Positions 1-10,448 of a DNA stretch of 64,000 nucleotides are shown here, in pieces. The DNA lies in NCBI GenBank assembly GCA_039621445.1, contig CP154954.1:46355847-46419846 (forward strand), read 5' to 3'. Below the pieces are notes generated by a model. It was not told where the DNA came from. It saw nothing but the letters and a program-made list of their open reading frames with translations, and did not search any database. A program made the position numbers and the translations under genes. Numbering within the stretch: the first letter of the stretch is position 1; each line of letters opens with the position of its first letter. This DNA is from Euglena gracilis (taxonomy: Eukaryota).

Positions 1-950
1 CGGGCACCATGACCCAAAATTTGGCCACAAAATTCCACTTCCTTGATGAACAATTTTGCCTTTTTGGGGTCCACCACAAAAAATTCTTTGGCCAACAAAT
101 CCAAAACTCGGCACAAATCCCGTTTGTGTGCCTCTAGGAGGTCTTCCCCCTCCCCAACGGTTGTCCCCACCAAAATATCATCTATGTATGGGGTTGCTAT
201 GTCCCTTACGGGTGCTAGCCTCTCATCCATCATTTGTTGAAATTGTTGTGAGGCGTTAGTTAACCCCATTACATTGACCCTCCATTGGTAGAGACCCTTT
301 GGTGTGAAGGAGCAAGTTATTGGCCGGCTATCCGGGTGAAGCGGTTGTTGGTGGAATGCTTGTTTTAAGTCCAAAATGGAGAACATTTGGTTGCCACCAT
401 GCTTCACCAGGATATCTTCGATTTTCGGAAGAGGGTAGTTGCACCTACGGGTTTGGCTATTGGGTCCCCTCATGTCAACAACCCCCCTCCAAGGAAAATC
501 GGGAGACTTTTTGGGCACGGGGAAAGTTTGTGAGAGCCATTCTGAATTTTTTGTTGTGGCTGGCTCGATGAATTTCATATCGATCCAATCTTGAGTGATT
601 TTTTCCAAAGCTTCTTTTCGTTCCCCGTGCATGAAGAATGGTTTTTGTCGAGTTGGTGTTGCTCCTTCCTTCAAAGGTATAAAAGCATACCCATAGGGTC
701 CCCTTACGGGTGGGTCCGGGTATACCGTTGACCTAAAAACCGTTCCTTCATACTTTTGTTGAATTTCCTCCCTTAAAAGCCTTAACTTGCCTTCATCCTT
801 ATCTTCCTCCTCTTCATTATTCGCATCCCCCCCCTCCCTTGCAATTATCATCCGTCGGATGGGTTGGGAGGTTGCTTCGGACACGTTCAAATTTTTGTGC
901 GAAAAAATCAGGGGTCGGTCATCCAAAAGCGACTTCTTTGATCAAACCCA
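1..950 (-). pseudogene. Gypsy-type reverse transcriptase (partial, not in the ORF track)
   Basis: Manual translation gives ...QKPFFMHGERKEALEKITQDWIDMKFI...FPVPKKSPDFPWRGVVDMRGPN...YPLPKIEDIL...FSILDLKQAFHQQPLHPDSRPITCSFTPKGLYQWRVNVMGLTNASQQFQQMM...PYIDDILV (YIDD at ~177-188). A 1-nt shift near position 55 restores the typical KLFIKEVEFCGQILG. Confidence 0.9.
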
Positions 951-1440
951 CTCAAAGGTAGTTGTAAACCGAATTTGTGCAAATGGGCCGTGCCCCCCTC
1001 TTGGGGTAAAATTTTGGAAGTGTTTGAATGACGCCGTTTTCTAAAATCACGCACACCAAAGAAAAATGTGAGCTGGGGAGTTTCCAAAACCAAAGCTCGG
1101 TGATGTGGAAAAACTCCAAGTTTTGCTTGGGCAAGCCATGGGAATGACAAAATGGCATCCACTTTTATGTTTGCTTCGTAAAATTGCACTTCATACTCAA
1201 AACATTCGGGTGGTGTCCCATTATTATCCTCCCCAAGCAACTTCATTCTCACCTTAGTGCACCTTGTCCCCCACTTAAAACTTGGCCGTTAGCCGTTTCA
1301 AACTTAGGGGGATTTTCAGCTGAGTGCATTAGGTGATCGCTTATGAATCCTTGCTTTATCAGGTTTGCTTCCGCCCCCGTATCCACCAAAATATTCATAT
1401 CCCGTTCCTCCCCATTGACCAAAATTACCTTTGTGCGAAT
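908..1440 (-). pseudogene. Retropepsin-like aspartic protease, split by a frameshift near 1250-1270
   Basis: ILVDTGAEANLI lies at the end of ORF 1249..2964. The C-terminal DAILSFPWL motif lies in ORF 908..1252. Confidence 0.85.
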
Positions 1441-1599
1441 CAAAAGTTGCCGATCCTTTGAAAATTTGCTCACCCCTGTTGGTGAATACGTTTTTTTTAC
1501 CATACGTGACTTCAAACGTACAACCTTTGGTTCCTTAGGCGTGTTAGTGCTAGTGGGGGGCTTGTTACCCTCTATCAACAAGGCCCAAACTCCCCACTT

Positions 1600-1950
1600 C
1601 ACACCTCCCATAGGTTTCCCATCCACTTCGAAAAGCTTTGTTCCAGGCTGAACATACAATTTTTGTGTCGCCTTTCGCACAAGTTCTCTAACCCATCCCC
1701 TTTGCCAATCTGGAACCATGCAAATTGCATCACACGGGGTTTTTTGCAACTTTTTTGCCACCTTATGCCATAACGACCATGGGGGAATCAACCACACCGT
1801 GCCCCCCTTCCCCCAATCAACACTCAAGGCATTTTCCTCCTTCGTCAAAAAAGAAGCACATTGAGAATTTTTGATTGAAGCAAAACAATCCATTTCGGCT
1901 CTCCTTTGAAATTTCTCCTCAATCAATTTCACAAAGGAGTTTCTCACGGC
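1600..1950 (-). CDS. N6-adenine (Dam/DIRS-type) methyltransferase-like domain within pol
   Basis: MDCFAS..N (motif I), ENALSVDW, VWLIPPW (NPPW-like; codon ATT where AAT is expected), ICMVPDW. Confidence 0.75.
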
Positions 1951-2039
1951 ATAGTCCTCCCTTTTGAAGGAAAATTTCTCCTCCTTAAAATCAAGGGCCG
2001 AAAGAAGATATTCAATCAAATTTTGAGGCATTCTCCATT

Positions 2040-2600
2040 TTTGATGTGTGCTCGTGTGCATATGCCTCCCACCCTTTTTCTCCTTGTGTGCCCACCTGCC
2101 CCCCTCCTTCAACACCATGTTGGGGCAGGTTTTTCCATCACAAATTTTGTCCTTCAAACTTAAGAGATTCTCACTCCCCCAAATACGGGTTGGTTTTTGG
2201 TATCCCCAATCAGAAAATTGGCAATAATCAACATCAATGAAATTCAAATTTCGAACACATTGCCGTTTGGGTAAATATCCCGTACGGGGATTTTCAATCC
2301 ACCACAATTTGGGTTGAAAATATTCCACAATCTCCAAAGTTTTTTCGACAAGACGATCTGCCGTTTGCATGTCCCTACCCCCTATCGTTTTTGCAAGGCT
2401 ATACTCCGTGCATGGCACACCGGCCGCAATAACTTCAAAATATCCCTGGGGGTATTTGCGATAATCCCACTCCAAAATATCCGTTACATGGGTTGGGTGA
2501 AATTTTGGGTTGACATCCAAAGATACCACCTGGTATCCGTTTTCCTCCAAACACCTCCCCACAGATCCTTTTCCCGAAAACAAATCCAACGCCTTGGGAA
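2040..2600 (-). CDS. C5-cytosine DNA methyltransferase domain within pol
   Basis: KALDLFSGKGSV (motif I), VSLD, GVPCTEYS (catalytic PC), WWIENP (motif VI), DYCQF...YQKPTRIW (motif VIII). Confidence 0.92.
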
Positions 2601-3027
2601 TTCTCCTGCTTCCCACACCTTTGATGGATCCTCTTCCACTCAAACAACCATAATAATTGTTGAAACTGGGCCGTGCACTCTCCTGGCTTGCACACCTGGT
2701 CCACGGTTTGGGTCGAGTCCACGGTTTGCCCGGCTTGCCCTTCCTCGACACGGGCTGCCATTGGCTCGAGGCCACTTGCCTTCTTGAGTCAATTGTTGAT
2801 GATGAATTCATTGAATTGTCTTCAGTTGCACCATTGCCTGTCTTCGGCATTGCAAACTCTTGATTGGTTGACTTTGAACCTGAGATAGAGGGACTGGAAG
2901 ATAGATATACACATTCTCCAACATGGTAACATTCTCCACATGGAGATGTGGTTGGGTTATGCAAAATACTGTGGGGGTTTTTGATGCCCGAGGATGTAAA
3001 CCCCTCAAAAACATGACCCCGGCGTCC

Positions 3028-6000
3028 CTAAAGACGGACTGGGGGTGCAACATTTCGGTTTGCATTGTACCCCCCTCCCTTCCAACCGTTGCCTTTGGAA
3101 GAATCTTTCCCTTGGCCTTTGCCTTTGCCCTTTCCTTTTTGGGAAGATTGTTGATTCCAATTTCCATTCGATTGGCTGGACCCCCTTCCCCCATATCGTC
3201 CTTGGCCTTGATAATTTTGAGCACCCTTGAAACTTTGGCCTTTCCAAGAGTTTTGGTTTTGATTTTGGGGTTGCCAAGTTGGCCACGGAGACGATTTTGG
3301 TGGTGCTTGAACCCAAACTTCACCATTGGCATTTGGCATAGATTTGGGAGTTTCTGCATTTGGTGTAAGATTTTGGGTGTGACTTTCAGTGGAAATGGGA
3401 ACAGAACCATTTGAAACATTGGGCAAGTCGGAACCTGTGGCCGTGGGTGTAAAAGAAGTTGGAGATGCCACCTGCTTTCCAGATAAAGAACGTTTCTTTG
3501 AGAGGGAACCCTCCCGGCTGTTGGATTTCCCCCCTTTGTTCTCCGCCCCCACCGATCGAGAACGTCTGTATGAGGTTTGGCTGTGATTGGGGTTTAGCAT
3601 TAAGTCTTGCCGATCTCTGAGTGCCAATTTTGAAGTCACGAGACGGAAAATGTCTTCAACACTCAAATTTGGTTCATTTTCTCGAACCCGAACCAAAACA
3701 TTGGAATCATTAAATTCTTTCCCATTGTAACTTTTGAGTGTTTCACAACTTTGCACATCAGGCAACACAATTTCGAATTCCGTCTCACTCAATTTTGTGA
3801 CTCTTGTGGGTTTCTTCCCAGCGAAAATCATCACAAAATTTTCCATAATGGCTGTGGAGGTTGGCTGTGGATAGTTCATTCGAACGGTTGGTTGGCTGGT
3901 TTTGATCCGTTCTTCCTCATCAGTGATCCAATGCACAATAAAAGGAGGCATTTTTTCGATGAGTAATCTTTTCACCTCCCCCTCACTAGCATCCTTGATT
4001 TTCTGTCGACACAACTTGAAGTCAACCTTGAAATTTTCCCAATCACGACTTGTAACCCTCCCTTGATGGGATAACGTGATCCCGAAAGTTTTTTCTGGCC
4101 CCAAACTCTTCATTTCTCGAGTGCCAGGCATCCAACTTGGCCCACACTTCATTGAAAGTTAGTGCCTCCCCCATTTCATCCAAATGTAAATTCAGCTGTT
4201 TTTTCCCCAAATCATCCAAACAAAGTTCTAGGAGGCCCAATTTATCCGCTTCTGAAACTTGATTGAATTTTCGGATGAATCTCCCCCACTCATCCTTGAA
4301 GTTTGGCCAATCACCTGCATGACCTGAAAATTTCGGGACAACAACATTTCGCAAAATGTGTTGTGTAGCTGCAGACGCCACAGTCATCATTGGTGACCGT
4401 TCAGATGCCCCCCCTATGGCATTGATACTCACCTGGCCCACCATCAATGATCCATCCCCTAAATCTGGGCCCCCTTCTAATCCCAGATTAAGATCCCAGA
4501 TTTCAATTGGCTGAACCGGCTTCACTCCCTTAATTCCAACAAAACCAGAATTAGCCTTAAAAACTGGCTTGGGCTGTGTCACCGTAGATGCCTTGGGCTG
4601 AACCGTTTCAGTCAAAACTTGTTGCACCCTCCCTTCAATGGCCTTCAACCGTGCCTCAAAATTGTTGCACAGATTTTGGACAACCTCCCTATGGCTTTTT
4701 TCCTTTGAAAAATCTGTTTGAATTTTGCCCAAAATCGCACAAAACTGCTGTTTTCATACAATTTTCCATGTCATTTCGCAGCTTGTCAAAATGTTCTTCT
4801 GCACTTGTCTCATTTTTTCCTCCATCATTTGGGTCATCATGATTTCCATCATTTTTCTGACCTGAGCTGCCATTTCCCTCCGAACCTGAATTTGTATCGT
4901 TTCTTCTGTTTTCCCCATCATTTCAACAACTTTGTCCCAAGGCACCTCCTGGCTGCCCAGAAATTTCTCGATCCCAGTTAATCTGTCCCCCAGAGCTTTG
5001 CTCTCCTGATTCACTGTCTGAAATCGCTGCTGCATTTCACTTACTAGTGTTCCCAAAATTTGTCTGAGACGCCTCCCCAACAGTTTGCAGCCCAGCAGCA
5101 ATTTCAGTGAATCGTTCACCCCAGAGCACAGCTCACGGTTTGTATTCTGAAGTGCAGAAATTTCTTTTTGCATCTCCAATTTGTTCTCTCCCACAGCCCG
5201 AGAACAAATCCCAACTTGGTCAAAAAGACCTGAAAATCTGGCTTCAATTTCCTTTTCCCTTTTCAAAATTTCGCTCAACTGCCCATCCAAGTAATCTTTC
5301 ACAGATTTCTCAAAAATCTGGGATTTTCCTTCAACCTGTCTTTCAATTTCGATTGACAAAAGTTGTTTGTGGCAGTTGGCAATATTTTCCACCGCATTCC
5401 CCCCTTGCTGGCACTGTGAAATAAAATGGCTGACTGACTGCTGAATTTCCTCCTGAGTTTTCTGTTTTTGCTGTTCAAACTGGCTGCAAATTTCAGTATT
5501 TCGCCGTTCCACATTTTGCTGAATAAACTGTAAAAGTTCAGCCTGCGCTCGAGAATTTTTTTCACCCAATTCTCGCTCAAAATTTTCCAGCCGATTTTCC
5601 ACAACCACCTGGGGGGGTATAATACTTTCCCAGTGAGTTAAACTTCGGTTCAGCTCAGCTAATTGGCAATCCACCCCCTGGGCCCAATTATCCCATGCGT
5701 CCCAATCTGAAATGGCATCCCCCCCCCACCTGAACTCCTAAATCAGGTGGCTGTCTTCGTCCTCCTCCACCTGGGTTTTTGATGCTGCCAGATTTAACAC
5801 CCCCGATGATGATTCACCACAACCCAGATTTGCAGATTGCTCCCCAGAAAATTTTGATTCAGAATACATTCTGGTCGATTCCGGAAAAAATGTCTGTCCA
5901 TCGACAGTTATTTCGCTGTGGCTGGCTGTCCCCCTGTCTTCCAACAATAAAATTGGAGTCACCCCCTCAATCTGGGGTATTTCGGCTCCAAAATTTGGAA

Positions 6001-6337
6001 ACTGATTAGGAACAAAACTCTGAAACCTGGGGGGTATCCAACCTGCAGCCACCAAAAGTTGTTCTGTTTCTTCAAAAAGTTGTTTCTGTTTGTTCAAACT
6101 GGCTGAGTCCCGACCCCCTGTCACTGTCAATTTCACTGTCGCTTTGATACTGGGGGGGTGAACCCGTCCATTGTACCAACTGATTTTCATCCCCCCCCTG
6201 TGATTCATGGGACGGGCCTGATTCATGTTAATGCCAAACCCCATTTGTACTGGGTTCCCACCTGAAAAAGTCTGAGTTGGAAAATTTTTCTGAACACGTA
6301 TCAGAACCAGACTGTGATTGAAAATGCTTGATTTCAC
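3028..6337 (-). pseudogene. Gag-like region in four frameshifted or stop-separated pieces (5738..6337, 4754..5674, 4043..4732, 3028..4152)
   Basis: Coiled-coil E/Q/K-rich segment, capsid-like VPKFSGHAGDWPNFKDEW motif and a basic G/K/N-rich tail. Directly upstream of, and in frame with, pol. Confidence 0.7.
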
Positions 6338-7200
6338 CGATTCAGAAGGAATTCAGGTTTGCGATTCGAAAAATTCGTCACCAACAGAGCTGGCGGAAGC
6401 TGCCTTTGCTACCGTTTAGCTGAGGGCTGCCCAAACTTCCAACATTCCACAGATTTGTTGGATGACTAGCAGAACCTGTCTTGTAATCATGTTTAAATCT
6501 TCAGCAAGATTAATGCTGGCTGTGCCATCAAAATTGTCCGTATTTTCTGGGCTGAAATTTTTTTGTCAAAACAGGGTGGCAAAAACTCCTCTGCGTACCA
6601 TGTCTACCCCGGGCGCCCACCCTGCGGGTGATCGGACAGAAAACCCCAGCCCCCTGGGCCGGCTGACTCCCTGCCGTCACCCACCCCTGGGGCTCGCCGT
6701 TCCCTGGCCAGGGCCCAGTGTTTTTTCCGGGTGGTGGAGGGCTCAGGCCAACCCCCGGTTCGCCCACTGGTATACCCCCCGACCAGAGGGGGGTGCGTAG
6801 GATCGAATTAGCTTTTTCGTGGAAATCTTGAACAAAATCAAAATTCCGCTCCAATGAAAATGATTCTCCAAACTTTGATCCCCATGAGGCCATTTCACTC
6901 CCCCTTTCTTCCGGCATGCAAAACATTGAGAATGGGTAAGGGTGGTGTTTTGTTCACTGAAATGGTGGTCAAAAAGCAACAACAGCACACCGTGAATGAG
7001 GAAAGGTGGGACCTGACCTTTGAACTTGAAATTCTCAAAACTGACAATTCTTCAATGAAATAATTCTTGAGGACTTCAATTCTCAATTGTTGGAACAAAG
7101 AAACCCACAAAAGTCTGCGGAAGCAAATTGTGCTGAATTGGAACCTCAAATTAGGCTTTTCCTATAGAACGCGCATTCTGCGCGGAATGAAAAATTCCGT

Positions 7201-7516
7201 GATTTGCGAAGCAGGCTATAAATGGGTAACAACAACCATCACCTTACGCCCAACAAAGTTTCAGCTGAAGGTGGTAAGTACAACGGAAGGGGGTATGTAC
7301 AAACCTACACTACTCAACGATGGTACATCAGCAAAGCAGCGGAGGTGTTAGTTTGATTGTAGAGGCTTACTTCCAATAAAGGAATCTGTGAAGAAATATT
7401 TACAGAATTAGTTTGCATTCTTGTCGCGTAACGGTTCGCAAATCTCGAGATTGGTGAATCTCTCGATTTGCGAAGCAGGCTATAAATGGGTAACAACAAC
7501 CATCACCTTACGCCCA
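7201..7516. repeat. 3' split direct repeats B2 (7201-7252), A2 (7363-7465), B1 (7465-7516)
   Basis: GATTTGCGAAGCAGGCTATAAATGGGTAACAACAACCATCACCTTACGCCCA occurs twice. A2 is identical by eye to 13840-13942. Confidence 0.95.
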
Positions 7517-7535
7517 TCTGTCTGTATAAGGGCGA

Positions 7536-9320
7536 TCAGAGTGATAAAATTCCAACATACTTTACAAGAGAGAAGGAAGTGCATAAATGATCCCACAATT
7601 CAGAAGCAGTTGTGACTGCTTGACGATGATCTCTGGAGAAAGGAATTCTAGAAATGGGGTCAGCAGGTTGGTTTTGGGAAGCACACCAAAGGATGTGTGT
7701 ATTTAATTTTGACCAAAGCAGGCGATTTAAAATTCGGCGTGTAATTGTACACAGCACCGGACTACTTAATTGTGGGCGGAGATTGGTGGCTATATAGCAA
7801 ACACCCATATTATCTCCTATGTAAGTCAAGCTGTTCCAATGAAGCCGTACAGCCAGATTGGTGGCGTAGTCCAATGCAAAGTATTCAGCTTGTTGTTGTG
7901 AGGAAACATAGGGAGGACACAGAGATAATTTTGCACCGAAGGAAGGAGAGAAAAGTCCAATATAGTAAGAATCTGCAAACCTTGCAGCATCACCACAAAT
8001 GACGTGTGTAAAGAAAGGTGGTGGAATGGGATCAGTTGCTTCCCAAGGGGAACAAGAAAGTACAGTGGCGTCAAAGAGTGAATACACCATTTTGTTCGAA
8101 GGTTGTGGAAGGTAACGTCTCCCATGCCAACGGTGAAGATACCAGGACCGGAGAATAGATGTGATACCTGGAAGGGGTCGGACAGACCATAATAAGTGTC
8201 CCAAAATGACATCAATACGCTTGTCAAACACTGGTATTAAAGATGCCAAAACGGATCGTGAAATTGTACAAAGAAGGGTATGGTGTGTATTGGTAATTTG
8301 ACGTTTGTTGAGCAAAAATAATTTTCCAAGCCACTTGACCTGTTGGCTTGGGTTGAGACATGATTTTTTTGAAATAATCAGCGAATTTTGTTGAAGCACA
8401 GAGACGAAAAATTGAGTAATGTCGTTGCATAGTGAAAAAGTGGTTGCAAGTAGAAAGACATCGTCGTAATAAACAAAATACCAGAATTCGGAACCAAACA
8501 ATAAAGAAAAATGTGAATTTTTCAAAGAGGAGGAAAGTAAAAATTCTAAGGACTTTTGTGCAATAATTGGAGAAAGATTCCAACCAAAGGGGGGTGATGT
8601 GAAGGAGAAATTGTCAATTCTAAAAATATGTTGAGCTTCTTGTGGTAATTGTAAAGACCAAAAAAAATTGGTAAGGTCGAGGGTAGTAGCAAATAAAGTT
8701 GAAGGAGGAAATTTTCGAATGATATCTGCAATGTCTGAAAGGGAAGGTAAATGAAAAGAAGGCAACGGGGTCGGTGTCAATTGATTCAGACCTCGTAAGT
8801 CTGCAATAAAAGCTGCTTTTTCGGAAGATTTGGGTCTCAAAAAAACTGATAGGTTAGAAGGTGGAGCAGTAGAGTGTTTTGGGGATGGGATCAAAAATTT
8901 GTCTCTCACAAGAGAGGATAACAAAATTTTAGTCAGAGATTTTGTTTTTCGTGGCTCAAAAGGGGGTGGGGGGATGTATGTTCGTAGGCGGTTAAGGAGA
9001 CTGTTGGGTACATATGTGTGCCAAATATGAGGTGGTATGGAAAATGTCCACGTAATCCCAAACCTCTTGCGGCTATGTCTGGTGTGACAGAGGAGGGAGT
9101 AGTTTCTTGAAGGTAATATTTGATAAGGAGCAAAATCAGCCAGGAAATGGTGTGAAGTTGTAAAAGGAGCTTCAGAAAAGCATGAAGGGTAATTTGTATG
9201 TTCAAAGCATTTCGCCTTTGTAGAAAAATGATGACAAGTTGGCGTAATCTCAAGAAAATTTGTTGTCGGGTTAAGGGAAAAGGGAGCGCAGAACGAGAAA
9301 TATTTCCTGCTATACCCCAA
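7536..9320 (-). CDS. Reverse transcriptase / RNase H of the YR retrotransposon
   Basis: FIADLRGLN, TLDLTNFFWSL, PPFGWNLSP, YYDDVFLL, VKWLGK. RNase H D-E-D-D residues in ICGDAA, QQAEYFAL, YIGDN, QPADPISR. No ATG near the N-terminus. Confidence 0.93.
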   Translation of the reverse strand: MGYSRKYFSFCAPFSLNPTTNFLEITPTCHHFSTKAKCFEHTNYPSCFSEAPFTTSHHFLADFAPYQILPSRNYSLLCHTRHSRKRFGITWTFSIPPHIWHTYVPNSLLNRLRTYIPPPPFEPRKTKSLTKILLSSLVRDKFLIPSPKHSTAPPSNLSVFLRPKSSEKAAFIADLRGLNQLTPTPLPSFHLPSLSDIADIIRKFPPSTLFATTLDLTNFFWSLQLPQEAQHIFRIDNFSFTSPPFGWNLSPIIAQKSLEFLLSSSLKNSHFSLLFGSEFWYFVYYDDVFLLATTFSLCNDITQFFVSVLQQNSLIISKKSCLNPSQQVKWLGKLFLLNKRQITNTHHTLLCTISRSVLASLIPVFDKRIDVILGHLLWSVRPLPGITSILRSWYLHRWHGRRYLPQPSNKMVYSLFDATVLSCSPWEATDPIPPPFFTHVICGDAARFADSYYIGLFSPSFGAKLSLCPPYVSSQQQAEYFALDYATNLAVRLHWNSLTYIGDNMGVCYIATNLRPQLSSPVLCTITRRILNRLLWSKLNTHILWCASQNQPADPISRIPFSRDHRQAVTTASELWDHLCTSFSLVKYVGILSL

Positions 9321-9368
9321 AGAGTATTACGGAGTTTGTGGTTCAAGATGGGTGTGGTTAATGGATGT

Positions 9369-10361
9369 TTAAGTTCGTGATCGTTTGTTTTTGGGGTGTT
9401 TGGGTTCGAAGGTTTGGGGTGAATGCCAGAAACATTCAGGGCCTCCGGGCAAAAAAGTTGCTTCGAATGGGGGTAGGACGGAGAAAGGAGCCCATGGCAA
9501 AGTTTTTGGCCAGATGAGGGGTGTATCGTCATATCCAATGTATTTTTTGGCGGTGTCTGGACTGGCCCAACGACACCAATGCTGGATAACGTTGATGTCG
9601 ATGCCGAATTGAAACATTCCACGCGCCGTTGCTCGTCTGATAGAGTGAAACAAACAATGTTCGGCGTCTGTGTGGGTGAAATATTCACGGGTAAACTGTT
9701 GTATTTGATTGATTGAAAAGAAGGGGGTAGTGGGATCGGTGAAAGGATGGGAACGCTTCCAAAAAGCGATCCATGCCATAATGAATAGTGGGGGACTTCT
9801 GAAGATGCGTTGTTGGTTGTGAGGTGGCTGCTTTTCTGGCATGAACCAGATTCCACCACCTTTAGGGGTGGACAGAATGTCACATGGTCTAATTGAGGCC
9901 GCTTCACCAATACGTAGTCCGAGGGATAATGCCACAAGGAATACGCACAAGATGAAATGGGTTTGCTTGAGGTTACAAACTTGTGCAATATGTGTGAAAG
10001 CTGTGGGGGGGAACCACGTTTTGGTGGGAATGAGGCGCATTCTGTCTGCCGCTCTTGAAAGTCTCCAGTATGTTTGTGGAAATAGGGGTGTTGTCCAGCC
10101 CAAGGTGTGTAATGCTTGGAACGCTGAAAGAATGTTTCGAATTGTGGAGGCGGCACACTGTTTTTGTATAAATGTTGATATGTATTGTTCGATAAGAACA
10201 GTGATTGGTATCTTTCTGTCACAAGTGAGTCGGAATTTTTCAAACTGAAGAATTTTTTGTTTATAAGTTCTGATGGTTCTGGGTGCCCAAGAGTACAAGA
10301 GTGCTTGTTGTATGTTTTGGGGATGTTGATGGTGTTCGAAAGCGGAAAATTTGGTGAGCAT
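9369..10361 (-). CDS. Tyrosine recombinase (integrase) of the YR retrotransposon
   Basis: SWAPRTIRTY N-terminal motif. Catalytic R (GLRIGE), HxxR (FHSIRR), W (HWCRW) and Y (KKYI). Confidence 0.95.
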   Translation of the reverse strand: MLTKFSAFEHHQHPQNIQQALLYSWAPRTIRTYKQKILQFEKFRLTCDRKIPITVLIEQYISTFIQKQCAASTIRNILSAFQALHTLGWTTPLFPQTYWRLSRAADRMRLIPTKTWFPPTAFTHIAQVCNLKQTHFILCVFLVALSLGLRIGEAASIRPCDILSTPKGGGIWFMPEKQPPHNQQRIFRSPPLFIMAWIAFWKRSHPFTDPTTPFFSINQIQQFTREYFTHTDAEHCLFHSIRRATARGMFQFGIDINVIQHWCRWASPDTAKKYIGYDDTPLIWPKTLPWAPFSVLPPFEATFLPGGPECFWHSPQTFEPKHPKNKRSRT

Positions 10362-10448
10362 AGATTCCCACTCAAGGACACTGGGGTGGATGTCTGAAAT
10401 TTTTGTTGTTGAGGGGGAGGCTGATAAAGCTTCCCCTTTTGGCAGGAG

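Larger units (their letters stand above)
1..7200 (-). mobile_element. Ty3/Gypsy-like LTR retrotransposon, 5' portion, carrying DNA methyltransferase domains; frameshifted, truncated by the window start
   Basis: Minus-strand order is gag-like ORFs (6337-3028), C5-MTase, N6-MTase-like, protease (DTGA), then RT (YIDD). Protease-RT adjacency and the RT motifs are Gypsy-like. LTR boundaries were not resolved, so the 7200 end is only where the YR element begins. Confidence 0.85.

Noticed and set aside
9060-9090. TPDIAARGL resembling DEAD-box helicase motif V in ORF 8933..10471
   Set aside because: No other helicase motifs are present; likely coincidence.
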